Origin: Octopus sinensis
Taxonomy: Eukaryota
Assembly (NCBI RefSeq): GCF_006345805.1
Contig: NC_043011.1
Span: 48,992,464-49,056,463, forward strand
Direction of reading: 5' to 3'
DNA: 64,000 nucleotides
The notes below the pieces were generated by a model, which ran no database searches, was not told where the DNA came from, and saw nothing but the letters and a program-made list of their open reading frames with translations. The number at the start of each line of letters is the position of its first letter. Position 1 is the stretch's first letter. This document shows positions 49,914 through 61,309 of the stretch, in pieces. The position numbers and the translations under genes are program-made.

Positions 49914-50800
49914 CAAGGTGGGTGGAAATTAACTAGGCATTGAAAATTGCTTATAGAATTTTTAGCATCACTGGAGTGATGACAAAGAGATTTCTAAACA
50001 GACAACACTAATGGGGATTTCTTATTTTCTTATTGTCTTATTTCTTATTTTCCAGATGGCTGGTTGCTTGACTGTTCAAGAGTGAGCTAAGATAGTAGAA
50101 TCTTGTGAAGTGTGGAATTCCATTGTTTTGGTTCAGAGATGATGGTGTAAATGGAAAGGTAAGCATGCAACACTCTGTCTAGAGACAATAAAATGTTTCT
50201 TATGAAAAGCTGATGACCACAGGCTCTGTGATGCAAGATGAAGTGGCCGTCCAACCACATCCTGGTCAGTAGAGAATGTGTTGTGGCAGCAGTGCAGCAA
50301 ATGGCTTAATCGCAACCCACAAAAATCAACAGCTCATTGAAGTGGACTAACAAGACACGTAATACATATGATGTTGCGTAAAGAATTGAATTTTCGTCCA
50401 TGGAAACCCCATTACGTGCTGGAGCTAAAACCTGAGAACTGTGACCGTAGAAGTCCAGAACTCCAAGAAGTCCAAATTTCACTCCATTTTATTTTTACCT
50501 GTGGGGTGACGCAAAAGAAGAGGTGTACAAGACAAACCCTCACATACGGGAGAACTTGGAGACACAGATTCAGGAGGTTCTCAATGATATCCCAGAGGAC
50601 ATCCTTTGAAAGATTATTCACTCCTACCCTGGGTATTTGAGGAAACTGGTTGACGTCACCAGTGCTCAAATTGAATTATGAAGATTTACTTTCATTTTCC
50701 CATGCAATAAAGAACATGTATTATTTGTTTCAATAAATTTGTAAAAGGAATATGGATTTTATTACCAATTTTTAATGCTACTTACTTTTCACCCACCCTG
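49914..50800 (+). mobile_element. Tc1/mariner-superfamily element (maT/rosa-like), internally deleted and dead
   Basis: TA-flanked TIRs caaggtgggtggaaattaactaggcatt / aatgctacttacttttcacccaccctg. MAGCLTVQE* at 50056; LRKELNFRPWKPHYVLELKPENCDRR; TPFYFYLWGDAKEEVYKTNPH. Confidence 0.85.
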
Positions 50801-50812
50801 TATGTATGTATG

Positions 50813-50850
<38 letters not shown>

Positions 50851-51122
50851 GTGTGTCTCTATGTATGGATATTTGGAATTATGCATGTGTGTGTGTGCAC
50901 ATGTATGTAAACATATGGATATGAAAATAAACAGATCAACATATAGATGGATATGTACACAGGTTATATAAACAGACAAGCATACATACGCAAATGAAAT
51001 GCAGACTGAAACACATGACCATATATACACACACACTTTACTCCACACAAAGACACATATGGATGCACAGGTCCACACATATAGAGATGCACATCCATAC
51101 AAACATGGTAAATAGTTGCAAA

Positions 51123-51160
<38 letters not shown>

Positions 51161-51385
51161 GGAGATAGAGGTACAGAGGTGCATACATATACAAACACAC
51201 GCTCACACACACATACAGAAAATAATACACAAACACGGACATGCAAGCACATGAATATGCAGAATACATACATACAGATGCACATACATATATACATATG
51301 CATACACACACACACATATACATACACACACATACATACACACACACATACATACATGCATACATAAATGCATGCACACACATAT
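50800..51385. repeat. (TG)/(CA)/(TACA) degenerate microsatellite
   Basis: Visible repeats. Confidence 0.9.
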
Positions 51386-51754
51386 ATGAGAAACCTACTT
51401 TCTTATCTTATCAACAACTTCCTCTGTATGATGGCTTCCATCACTAGACTCTGTATAAGATATTCTATCTCCTACACATCATTATAATACAAAGGCTAAG
51501 ATAAGCAAGTAAACAATCTGTTATCATACAAGAATACGTTCACGAAACTATGCTCAAATGCAGTATCATCATTACACCACACTTAAGAAGTACACGTGTT
51601 TCGGCAACACCCCCACCCGAAATTTGATTGGTTCTTTTACACACATACATTGATGTACCTGTGCATGTATGTCATTCAGTAGCTCAGCTGAAAGAGCAGA
51701 ATGGAGCTGAAGAAAGACTGATGGCTGTAATATGAGGGGGATGGTTCGTCTCTA

Positions 51755-51887
51755 CATTGAAATATGAAGATTTACTTTCATTTTCCCCATGTAATAAAGA
51801 ACATGTATCATTTGTTTCAATAAATTTGTAAAAGGAAAATGGATTTTATTACAAATCTTATAATGCCTACTTACATTTCACCCACCC

Positions 51888-51888
<1 letters not shown>
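51755..51888 (+). mobile_element. Right-end fragment of the 49914-50800 family
   Basis: Near-identical to about 50670-50800 (tatgaagatttactttcattttcc...cacccaccct). Confidence 0.85.
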
Positions 51889-51924
<36 letters not shown>

Positions 51925-52068
51925 TTGTGTCTGCACATATGTGTATGTATGAATATCTGTGATTATACATGTTTATATACACATTTTATATATTTGTATT
52001 TTGTATTGTAGTGCACATGAACACTATGTAATAAGCACTTTATAAATTTTATTGTAGATATATATACA

Positions 52069-52117
<49 letters not shown>

Positions 52118-52140
52118 TATATATAATATATATATATATA

Positions 52141-52223
52141 ACGGGAAGGTTTACGAAAATAAACAAAAGACAAAGGCAGGTGGAGTACAAACAACAAATG
52201 TATTAGTATGGCACTCAGGAATA

Positions 52224-52230
<7 letters not shown>
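52141..52230. mobile_element. PLE-pLTR-like fragment
   Basis: acgggaaggtttacgaaaataaacaaaagac...tgtattagtatggcactcaggaa between TA repeats. Confidence 0.45.
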
Positions 52231-52268
<38 letters not shown>

Positions 52269-52737
52269 TATCTGTCCTTAAAAGGATATACAGGTATTTA
52301 TATGCATGAGAGTGTAAACATGTATAGATGTATACATAAATGGTAACACAGATGGGCTGAGATTCACTACAGCTGTTTCAGCCATGTTTTTATTTTATTG
52401 ATATGAAGGCCAAACAATGGATAACACATTCCACAATGAACAAAAATATTTCTGATTCTGATCCTGCCAAATTCGTCAATATCTTTCTTTTTATACATGC
52501 TGATACATTGAAAAATATGTATGTTGATATATGTATGTGTGTGTGTTTGCATGCATGCACGCATGCTCCATCTATATATATCATTCATTGATTTCTTTTT
52601 ATCTTCATCCTTGATATCTTGATCTACTAGTGAATACAATTATGAAATTTAGACTTGCTATTTTTAACAATGTTCTGGCTTGTGCTTGATATAAATAGCA
52701 ATAAGTTATCTGTTGCTCTACTATGTGCAAAAAAATG

Positions 52738-53122
52738 TGGAGGCACAATGGCCCAGTGGTTAGGGCAGCGGACTCCCTGTCATAGGATCGCGGTTTCGAT
52801 TCCCAGACTGGGCGTTGTGAGTGTTTATTGAGCGAAAACACCTAAAGCTCCACAAGGCTCCGGCAGGGGATGGTGGTGATTCCTGCTGTACTCTTTCACC
52901 ACAACTTTCTCTCACTCTTACTTCCTGTTTCTGTTGTACCTGTATTTCAAAGGGCCAGCCTTGTCACTCTCTGTGTCACGCTGAATATCCCCGAGAACTA
53001 CGTTAAGGGTACACATGTCTGTGGAGTGCTCAGCCACTTACATGTTAATTTCACGAGCAGGCTGTTCCGTTGATTCGGATCAACCGGAACCCTCATCGTC
53101 ATAACCGATGGAGTGCTTCCAT
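52738..53122 (+). mobile_element. SINE family C head with tail I
   Basis: gtggaggcacaatggcccagtggttagggcagcggac head; tail ends ccctcatcgtcataaccgatggagtgcttcca. Confidence 0.88.
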
Positions 53123-53470
53123 CCATATGCAAAAATGCTGATACTTGTTCACTGAGGAATTTCTAAATAGAGATGAAACTCGTTAAAACATCCCAAACTC
53201 GTTCCTTTTTCTGTTGCTGGACAATTTAAAGCATACATTCACATTCGCCCATATATCTTTACATTAGGCATAACAAAGCTAAAATTCTCAGCATTAGTTG
53301 CATTAAAAATTTCAGATGTTATATAAAAATTTCAAATGATACATACATATAAATGCATATGTGTGTGTGTTTGTATGTCTGTGTGTATGTATATGTGCAT
53401 ACAAATGCAAACATATTATGCTCATAAACTATAGGTAAAGACAAGGATAAACAGGAGTTTATCAACAATC

Positions 53471-53645
53471 AAAATTTAAAGAAAACAGAAATTGGAGAAA
53501 TATATGATGAACAACAATTGACTTACATCAATTATTATTTATTGATTCAGAACAGTCTATTTGTTTTGAATTAATAAATAATCATTGACGTAAGTCAATT
53601 GTTGTTCATCATATATTTCTTCATTTTCTGCCTTCTTTAAATTTT
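53471..53645. mobile_element. Old fold-back palindrome (MITE-like)
   Basis: gaaatatatgatgaacaacaattgacttac / gtaagtcaattgttgttcatcatatatttc; inner pairing ttattgattcagaaca / tgttttgaattaataa; loop at about 53553-53559. Confidence 0.75.
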
Positions 53646-53720
53646 ATATATTGAAAAATCATAACATATAATGATGGGACACGTGTTCTTGTCTCTGAAT
53701 TATAAGTTAGTTATTGAGAC

Positions 53721-53832
53721 CGGTTACTGACGAGAAAATCACCCTGCAATAATATTGTTTTACTAAATTACTTATTAAAGGATGGCAAATAATATTGTTT
53801 GCTAAAGAAATTTCGAAACCTTGGTATATCCG
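53721..53832 (+). ncRNA. Hammerhead ribozyme with about 70-nt loop II insert
   Basis: cggtta CTGACGA gaaa...tttc GAA ACCTTGGT A tatccg; stem I 5 of 6 pairs; site GUA. Confidence 0.55.
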
Positions 53833-53986
53833 CTAATAAATAACAAGGTAAAAGTTTTTATTTTTCAATCCCTTTGAAAATTGCTATTAAATCGTGGTTT
53901 TGGCCGCGTTGGCTGCTATTTCTAGTATTTAAAAATACCTGTTAAAAGGTAGTTTTCTCTTGTGTTTAAATGTACACTTTTTTAAA

Positions 53987-54026
<40 letters not shown>

Positions 54027-54334
54027 TATAATATAATATAATATAATATAATATTAGTATTATATATATATTATATGGTGTTCAGAAATTAATTTAGATC
54101 AAAATACAATATTAACAAAAGCCACAACAGATAGATATATGATGTGTTTGGTAGATCACTCAATACAAAGATATCGCTATCGATGTTACGTGACACTCTT
54201 ACTTGCCAGAATCTTCATTCCATTTTGGTATATTGATATGAAGAATGAAAGACTTTGGAGTATTCGAGAAAACATTTTGGGTGCTTTTTGGGTTTTTTAT
54301 TCCTTTTCTTGTTGTAGAGCACAAAAATTGCAAT

Positions 54335-54372
54335 TGGCTTACCTGGAAAAGAAAAAGAAAAAAGTTGTTAGG
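54335..54372 (-). promoter_or_regulatory. Candidate recursive splice site (branch point, polypyrimidine tract, CAG|GTAAGC)
   Basis: Minus strand reads ttcCTAACaacttttttctttttcttttcCAG|GTAAGCc; putative branch A at 54368. Confidence 0.45.
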
Positions 54373-54639
54373 AATGAAATTATGAAAATAGAAATATAAG
54401 AATTTATTTATTTCCTTGAAATTTGATATTCTGCAAGGAAATGTGGTTTTTGACATGGAAATCTGACATGGCACACAAGAATATTTGGATTATTTATAAA
54501 TTCAAGATCTATACTGATCTCTTTGCATGTTTTTCACAAAATTCTTCTGTATTATCGGCTTTATTTCTGAAATTATTCAAACACCTGAAGAAATCCAATA
54601 AAGTGCAACCTATTTGGTGGTTTCCGGGTGTGGACTGAT

Positions 54640-55130
54640 ATCAGCGAAGGGAACGTGATATTAAATAGGGATTGGGGTATTAGAGAAGGGAACATTATAT
54701 TACAGGAGGAAATGGGATAAATATGGTGTCAAGATATTTATGAAAGGAATGTTATATATTAAATGAAGTAAAAGATCAGTCAAGAATGAGATATTGGAAA
54801 AGTGAATGAGAATTATTTGACAATGAAGTGTGCTGTTTGATAAGGGAATAAAGTATTACACTGGTAAAATAGGATGTGTGACAACAAATTGTAAAATCAG
54901 AATGGGATGTGATATGAATTGGAAGAAAAAATATTTCACTAAACAAAGGAGTCTGATATCAGACAAGGGAATATGATATTTGACACGGAAATATAATATA
55001 TCTACAAAGGGATGTGATATTAGACAGGAAGATGTGATATTACAGTAGGAAATAGGATATGAGAAAATGGAATATGATTTTCTACAAGAAAATTTTGGAA
55101 GAATAGGAAATATCATAATAGACAAGACAA
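54640..55130. repeat. Cryptic about 20-bp minisatellite (aagggaatgtgatattagac-like)
   Basis: ggga(a)tgtgatat-like motif recurs near 54649, 54904, 54968, 55009 and 55029. Confidence 0.6.
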
Positions 55131-55879
55131 AAGTATATCAGTCAAAGACATGAGAGAGAACGCGATCAGGGAATGTGGTGTTTAATAATGAATCAAAAAT
55201 ACATTGCATAATGCTATGGATGATAAACAATCACTTGACAATTAATAACCAGTCAAAAGGGAACTAATAAACCATCACTAGCTTTTATCGTTTGATAACG
55301 GTCATGCTGCAGCACTGCTCTAAATGGGTTTTAGTTGATCAAATCGACATGCAGTTATTATTTCTGTCTGGTACTTAATATATCAATTTATTTATCGTGA
55401 TAGATATTTCATAGATATTTAATATATCAATCTGTCTATATTGATTGATTTACGAAATTATGCGTTTTGACACTACATCATTACACACAACAGTAAGCAC
55501 AAACACAAAGATAGACACACACATATAAAATACATACAAACACACACACATGTACACTAACACACACATGTACACTAACACACACACTCACATATATATG
55601 TATATATTGCTGAAATGTGGTGTAATTTATTGCTGATGAGAATATAATGATTCTTGAAACATTGCCATTCTGCAGAATCCATTTTTGCTGACAAGTTTGA
55701 GGATACAGAAACACGACAGCTGATTACTAGTGATTTATGTATCAAGTAAATAGTAAATTTATTTAAATTCCAAACGTAGTAATGGCTGAAATTTGTACAT
55801 GTACTTCATACTTAAGTTTAATATCTATACACCCACACATACACACACACACTCACACACACACATGTGTATGTATGTT

Positions 55880-56200
55880 AAATAAAATGAGAAAACAAAG
55901 CCAAGGCTGTGTGGAATTTTCAGGACGTTTATATAGAGAAAGTTAACCTTACAGCTGTTTCAGGAATACTAGGAATATCCCTTCATCAGAGACAATGTGT
56001 GGTGGTTAAATAAAGGGAAATATTAGAGTTCAATACGAGGAGCTATTTTGGAAAAGGAAGCAAAAAGGAATGTAAAGGGAAATAGGAGAATGAATGAAGA
56101 AAAAGAAATATAAATGTAATGAAGATGTTATAGTTGCAGTTCCATTATCCAAGGAAAATGGTGTGTAGAAGTGGTAGAAATGCTTCCTATCTGTGGTAAC
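55880..56200 (-). mobile_element. PLE pLTR-like repeat
   Basis: Pyrimidine-rich tract on the minus strand leading into the hammerhead. Confidence 0.55.
55946..55993 (-). ncRNA. Minimal type I hammerhead ribozyme, near canonical
   Basis: GTCT CTGATGA AGGGATATT cct AGTATTCCT GAA ACAGCTGT A AGGT; perfect palindromic stem III; site GUA. Confidence 0.75.
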
Positions 56201-56202
56201 CT

Positions 56203-56560
56203 TAAAACCCTAACCTTAAAACCCTAAACTCTAAACCTAAAGCCCTAACTCTAAAACCTTAAAACCAGTACAAACACGTGAACGATGTCATAAATAACAG
56301 AGACAAATGAAATATACACTGCCGGAAGTTCTTGTTGACAAACAACAGCAGTAATTTTATTCAGCTGAATACACATCATTGATGGTTGAAATTACCAAAA
56401 TACGAGAACTTTAATGTGAAATAACTTCGTAAATATAAATTTTTCTCAAAAATTCTAAGAGTAATACATGTTTTATATGACATATTCTACCAGTGTCCTA
56501 AGTTTGAAAGTATTTAGTTACAAAAAGTTATTTTTTAAATCTGTAGGTCAAAAGGTAAAG
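56203..56560. mobile_element. Unclassified repeat with degenerate (CCCTAA)n, possibly Helentron/HINE-type
   Basis: aaaaccctaaccttaaaaccctaaactctaaacctaaagccctaac followed by a non-repetitive body. Confidence 0.3.
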
Positions 56561-56567
56561 ATCCATG

Positions 56568-56839
56568 TTTCATCCTTCCAGGTTCAATAAAATAAGTACC
56601 AGTCAAGTACTGGGGTCGATGTAATCGACTTACCACTCCCTCTAAATTGTTGGTCCTCTGCCAAAATTTGAAGCCATTATTACATCACTGGAATGTGACA
56701 AACAGGCAAAACTACTAACATGCTGGGCAAAATGTTTATCAGTATTTCGTCTGTCTTTACATTCTGAGTTCAAATTCTATTGAGGTTGACTCTGCCTTTT
56801 ATCTTTTAGGGGTCAATAAAATAAGTATCAGTTATGCAG
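56568..56839 (+). mobile_element. Two family B SINE fragments (56568-56680 with a different tail; 56720-56839 truncated)
   Basis: tttcatccttccaggttcaataaaataagtaccagt; gactctgccttttatcttttaggggtcaataaa. Confidence 0.75.
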
Positions 56840-57346
56840 ATTCAACCGTGGCCAAAAACGGATTCGGCATGATCTAGACTACATGTGGATTTTGCAGGAC
56901 CAATAAATGGTTCTCATTATATCATTGTGGTGGATAGCTATTCCAAATGGCCTGAAGTGTGTAAATGTTCAAGGCCAATCACAAGTGTGACTACCGATTT
57001 CTTGGAAGAACTGTTCGCTCGTTACGGAGTGCCAGATACGATCATGTCAGATAATGGTACACAATTCACGGCGAAGGAGCCTGAAAGATTCTGTAAGTCG
57101 GTTCAGATGAAGCATGTGCTAACTCCAGCATACTATCCAAGTTAAAATGGCTTAGCAGATAGATTCATCAACACATTCAAGAGAGCATTAAGGAAGACCA
57201 GACGGGAAATCCTTGAAGATACAAATATGACAAAGTCATTGCAGGTGTATAGAATAACAGTGAATCCAAATGCAGAGTCAGGTAGGTCACCCACAAATTT
57301 GATGTTTTCCAGAAAAAAATCGTTCTATTTTTGACAAATGGTTGCC
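56840..57346 (+). pseudogene. Ty3/Gypsy integrase core remnant
   Basis: PWPKTDSA*SRLHVDFAGP...VVDSYSKWPEV...LFARYGVPDTIMSDNGTQF...YYPS*NGLADRFINTFKRAL...SPTNLMF; two in-frame stops. Confidence 0.92.
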
Positions 57347-57849
57347 GAGCAGGAAACAGAAAATAGAAAATTCGGGAAGAAAAACGAAATTTTTTATACA
57401 TATACACAAATATACTTTTATGTGTGTTGATAGAAAGGAATTTGAAGGAAAAGTACTTGAGTCAATACAAACATCTCAGCAACCTGCTAGAAATAACAGC
57501 CAAATCTTTCACAAATTAACCCTAATTGTTTTCAACAAGTAATGACATTAAATGATGTAATGCTAAATACACCTAAAAAAATTAGATTGTCATGGCCAGA
57601 AACACTTTGATTATAAATCTCTTCTGGAAGTCAGGGTTAACCCACAGTTTAGTAACGATTTGGGGAATAATTTTTCAATGATGGGAAGCTTTGAATATAT
57701 TGATAATAGCTTCCATTGTTTTCTTCCTGTTGCTACTGCTGTTGTTTTAAAATTCATTTTCCGAAGGATTTTGAGTTTCATCTGCCAGTTTAATCAACCG
57801 GTGTAAATGATGTGCTGAAAGGCAAAATTTGAAGTCTCACACAAACCAA

Positions 57850-58184
57850 ATTATGTTATATATATATATATATACACGCAAACACACACATCTGTCTATC
57901 TATATTTATATTTATATATATATATATATATATACATCTTTATCTATCCCTTTCTATAAATACATATATGCATATATATATATATAATATATATATATAT
58001 AATATATATATATGTATGTATAGATACATATACATATATGTATCTATATATATATACACACACGCATATATACACACACACACATACACATATATATATG
58101 TATACATACCTACATATTGGGTTACATCTATATCTCTTCATATATATAGGTTGTCTGTCTACATATATATACTTACATTCATAC

Positions 58185-58269
<85 letters not shown>

Positions 58270-58357
58270 ATATATGTAATCTTAATATGATATAGGTGTG
58301 CATGCACATTTGTGTCCTCTCTCAATATATATATACAGAGAAAGAGACAGAGAGATA

Positions 58358-58400
<43 letters not shown>
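57850..58400. repeat. (TA)/(CA) microsatellite block
   Basis: Visible repeats. Confidence 0.93.
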
Positions 58401-58404
<4 letters not shown>

Positions 58405-58545
58405 ACACACATACCATCATCATCAGCATCATCATATTAAGATTATTGAATCACGAATTTAAGTGAATTACCGTTGGCAAAATCACAACTAAACTCTCGT
58501 TTTATTTTTTGTTTTCATTTTCATTTCTTCCTTACCACCATCACC

Positions 58546-58583
<38 letters not shown>

Positions 58584-58929
58584 CCCTTTCTCTATCCCTG
58601 TCACTTTGTCTAAACGTTCTTTGTGTCTAATACTCTCTCCTTCCCCTCGTCTCTCTCTCACTCTTTCCTATGGTAATACCTTTAGCTAGAAGTAAATTTA
58701 TATGCAAATGTCCCACGACTGACAAGGAAATAGACTTAATACTGCAAACACAATTGGAATGGAAATTTTGGTCGTCTGCCAGCAACAGAAACATCCACAA
58801 GATAAACTTTGACGAAGCCAAGTAGAACTTTTGCATGGTCAACCAACTTGTTAGAAATGATAGCCAACACTCCCTCATATTATATACACACGTTACAACA
58901 TTCAGATTCTGTTACATCATCATCATCCA

Positions 58930-59153
58930 TTTCTTTATTACCCACAAAGGGCTAAACAGTAGAGGGACAAACAAGGACAGACAAAGGGATTAAGTCAAAC
59001 ATCACCCAGTGCGTACTGGTTACTTAATTATCGACCTCGAAGGATGAAAGGCAAAGTGGACCTGGGCGGAATTTGAACTCAGAACGTAACGGCAGACGAA
59101 ATACGGCTATGCATTTCGCCAGGCGTGCTAACGATTCTGCCAGCTCACCGCCT
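58930..59153 (-). mobile_element. SINE family B
   Basis: Colinear with 25952-26181. Confidence 0.88.
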
Positions 59154-59157
59154 TTTT

Positions 59158-59390
59158 CATCATCATCATCATCATCGTTTAACGTCCACTTTCCATGCTA
59201 GCATGGGTTTGGATGCTTTTGACTGAGGCTGGTGAACCAGATGGCTGCACCAGGCTCTAATCTTGATCTGGCAGAGTTTCTACAGCTGGATGCCCTTCCT
59301 AATGCCAACCCCTCCGAGAGTGTAGTGGGTGCCTTTTACATGCCACCGGCACGGTGGCCAGTCAGGCTGTAATGGCAATGACATTGCTTG
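59158..59390 (-). mobile_element. Family E, (CAT)n tail on the + strand
   Basis: catcatcatcgtttaacgtccactttccatgctagcatggg. Confidence 0.85.
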
Positions 59391-59606
59391 AATCTTGTGA
59401 GTGGATTTGGTAGACAGAAACTGAAACATAAAGTAAGAAGCACCATGAGAGTTTCTGATAATGTTGTTTTCATTATTGTTGTTAATAATGCTGTTGTTCA
59501 TAATGTTGTTGTTGCTGATAATGTTGCTCTTAAGCTCTTGGTCAAATCTGAAGCTTCCAAACCTTACATATCTTTACGGATATCAAGAACTACGGTTCTT
59601 GTGCAA

Positions 59607-59780
59607 CCCTTTAGTGCTTAAACCAGCCATAACAAACCTAAAATTTGAACCTGTTTTATCTTCAAACTGGTTAGATCAGGCCTTTCATACCTACTCTACA
59701 ATGTCATTCTAAAAAAAAAATAATCACGTCATTGAAATCTTAAAGCTATGAGATAATGCAGGATTAATCCAAATATTTCT
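59607..59780. mobile_element. piggyBac-type MITE family P1, partial
   Basis: ccctttagtgcttaaaccagccat...cttaaagctatgagataatgca, similar to 14230-14445. Confidence 0.6.
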
Positions 59781-59860
59781 ATTAGTAACAAAAGCAGTGC
59801 TAATACCAAGAAGTAATACTTATCTCCAATGAAACATGCAGGTTCCGTTGGAACAAACTA

Positions 59861-59975
59861 CAGTAATTCCTCACCATATCGCGGTTCGCCTATTGCACAC
59901 TTAGTTCTTCATGGTTCACCTATCACACACTCAGTACATTACGGATTTTTCTAGCCAATATATGTAAATTTATAT
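59861..59975 (+). mobile_element. pogo/Tigger-like terminal fragment
   Basis: TA then cagtaattcctcaccatatcgcggttcgcctattgc, with a short internal tandem duplication. Confidence 0.45.
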
Positions 59976-59988
59976 GGCAGGCATGGGA

Positions 59989-60109
59989 GTAGAGTGGCTG
60001 TGTGGTAAGTAGCTTGCTTACCACCAACCACATGGTTCCGGGTTCAGTCCCACTGCATGGCACTTTGGGCAAGTGTCTTCTGCTATAGCCTCGGACTGAT
60101 CAAAGCCTT
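59989..60109 (+). mobile_element. SINE family A, 5' part
   Basis: Family A head. Confidence 0.85.
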
Positions 60110-60260
60110 ACTTTGAAACTGTATGGATGATACCATACTAAATTCTGGTGCCTCAACCTAAGTACCTAATTCATCTGAATCTAAATTTTTGCTTAGATAG
60201 ATAGATAGATGGATGGATGGATGGATGGATGGATGGATGGATTGGTAGATGGATAGATAT

Positions 60261-60330
<70 letters not shown>

Positions 60331-60589
60331 TCATATGTGGTCCTATTGATGTTTCTGTGTTCTATTGATGAAAAAATTTCTTATAGTACTAATTACTTAT
60401 GCCATAAAGGGAGGTGACTCCAATAATTAACAAACTAACTAGATGACATCTGCTGTTTGATAAACAGGCACCGATAAAATGCACACTACATTAAGTACGA
60501 GGGTCAATATAATTGATTGAAACCCTTGAAGGCTGTGTCATATCATTGCTTCAGTCTAATTACTAAAACCAATAACAGAATCTCTTTCT

Positions 60590-60702
60590 ACTACATACTA
60601 TATATATATATATATATATATATAATTATATATATATATATATATATAATATATATATTATATTATATATATATGTATATATTATATATATATATAATGT
60701 AT

Positions 60703-60747
<45 letters not shown>

Positions 60748-61204
60748 GTATATATATGCATGTCCTTTGTGCTGAAGCAATCTAGCGGTTCGTTAGATTA
60801 TATTAAGATTGTGTAAAACAGAAAATATTTTTGTTCAAGCTAATGATCAATTATTTGCTTTTTAGCTCACAGCCTGTCTTATTTAATTAAGAACAAACGG
60901 TTCATCATAACTTCTCTTGAAGTCATCCCAAACCAGAGAGCATTAATGGCTTATAATAATGAGATAATTACGCATTCGCTAACGAAAGAAGAGAAACGAT
61001 AGAAATACAAACACACAGAAATACAAATCCATACATACATACACATACATATATATATATATATACATACATGCATACACATACACATATATATATATAT
61101 ACATACATGCATACACATACACACACACACACATATATAGACATATAGATAGATATACATAGAGATATATATACATACATATGCATATATACACATTATA
61201 TATG

Positions 61205-61239
<35 letters not shown>

Positions 61240-61266
61240 ATATATATACTCATATATGCACACACA

Positions 61267-61309
<43 letters not shown>

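Noticed and set aside
52345-52390. GAAACAGCTGTA (3' half of a hammerhead) on the minus strand
   Set aside because: The CUGANGA half is absent; counted only as a truncated relative.
55633-55668. CTGATGA gaat...attc tt GAAACATTGCC
   Set aside because: U16.1 is replaced by C and stem I has only 2 bp; not counted as a ribozyme.
58627-58878. Unique CpG-containing segment with short ORFs on both strands and a possible AAG|gtatta minus-strand donor in phase with the 54342 acceptor
   Set aside because: No recognisable protein and no convincing acceptor; needs RNA evidence.
973-61298. Numerous YI/CV/HT/poly-I/poly-N ORFs in the ORF track
   Set aside because: They are translations of di- and trinucleotide microsatellites.
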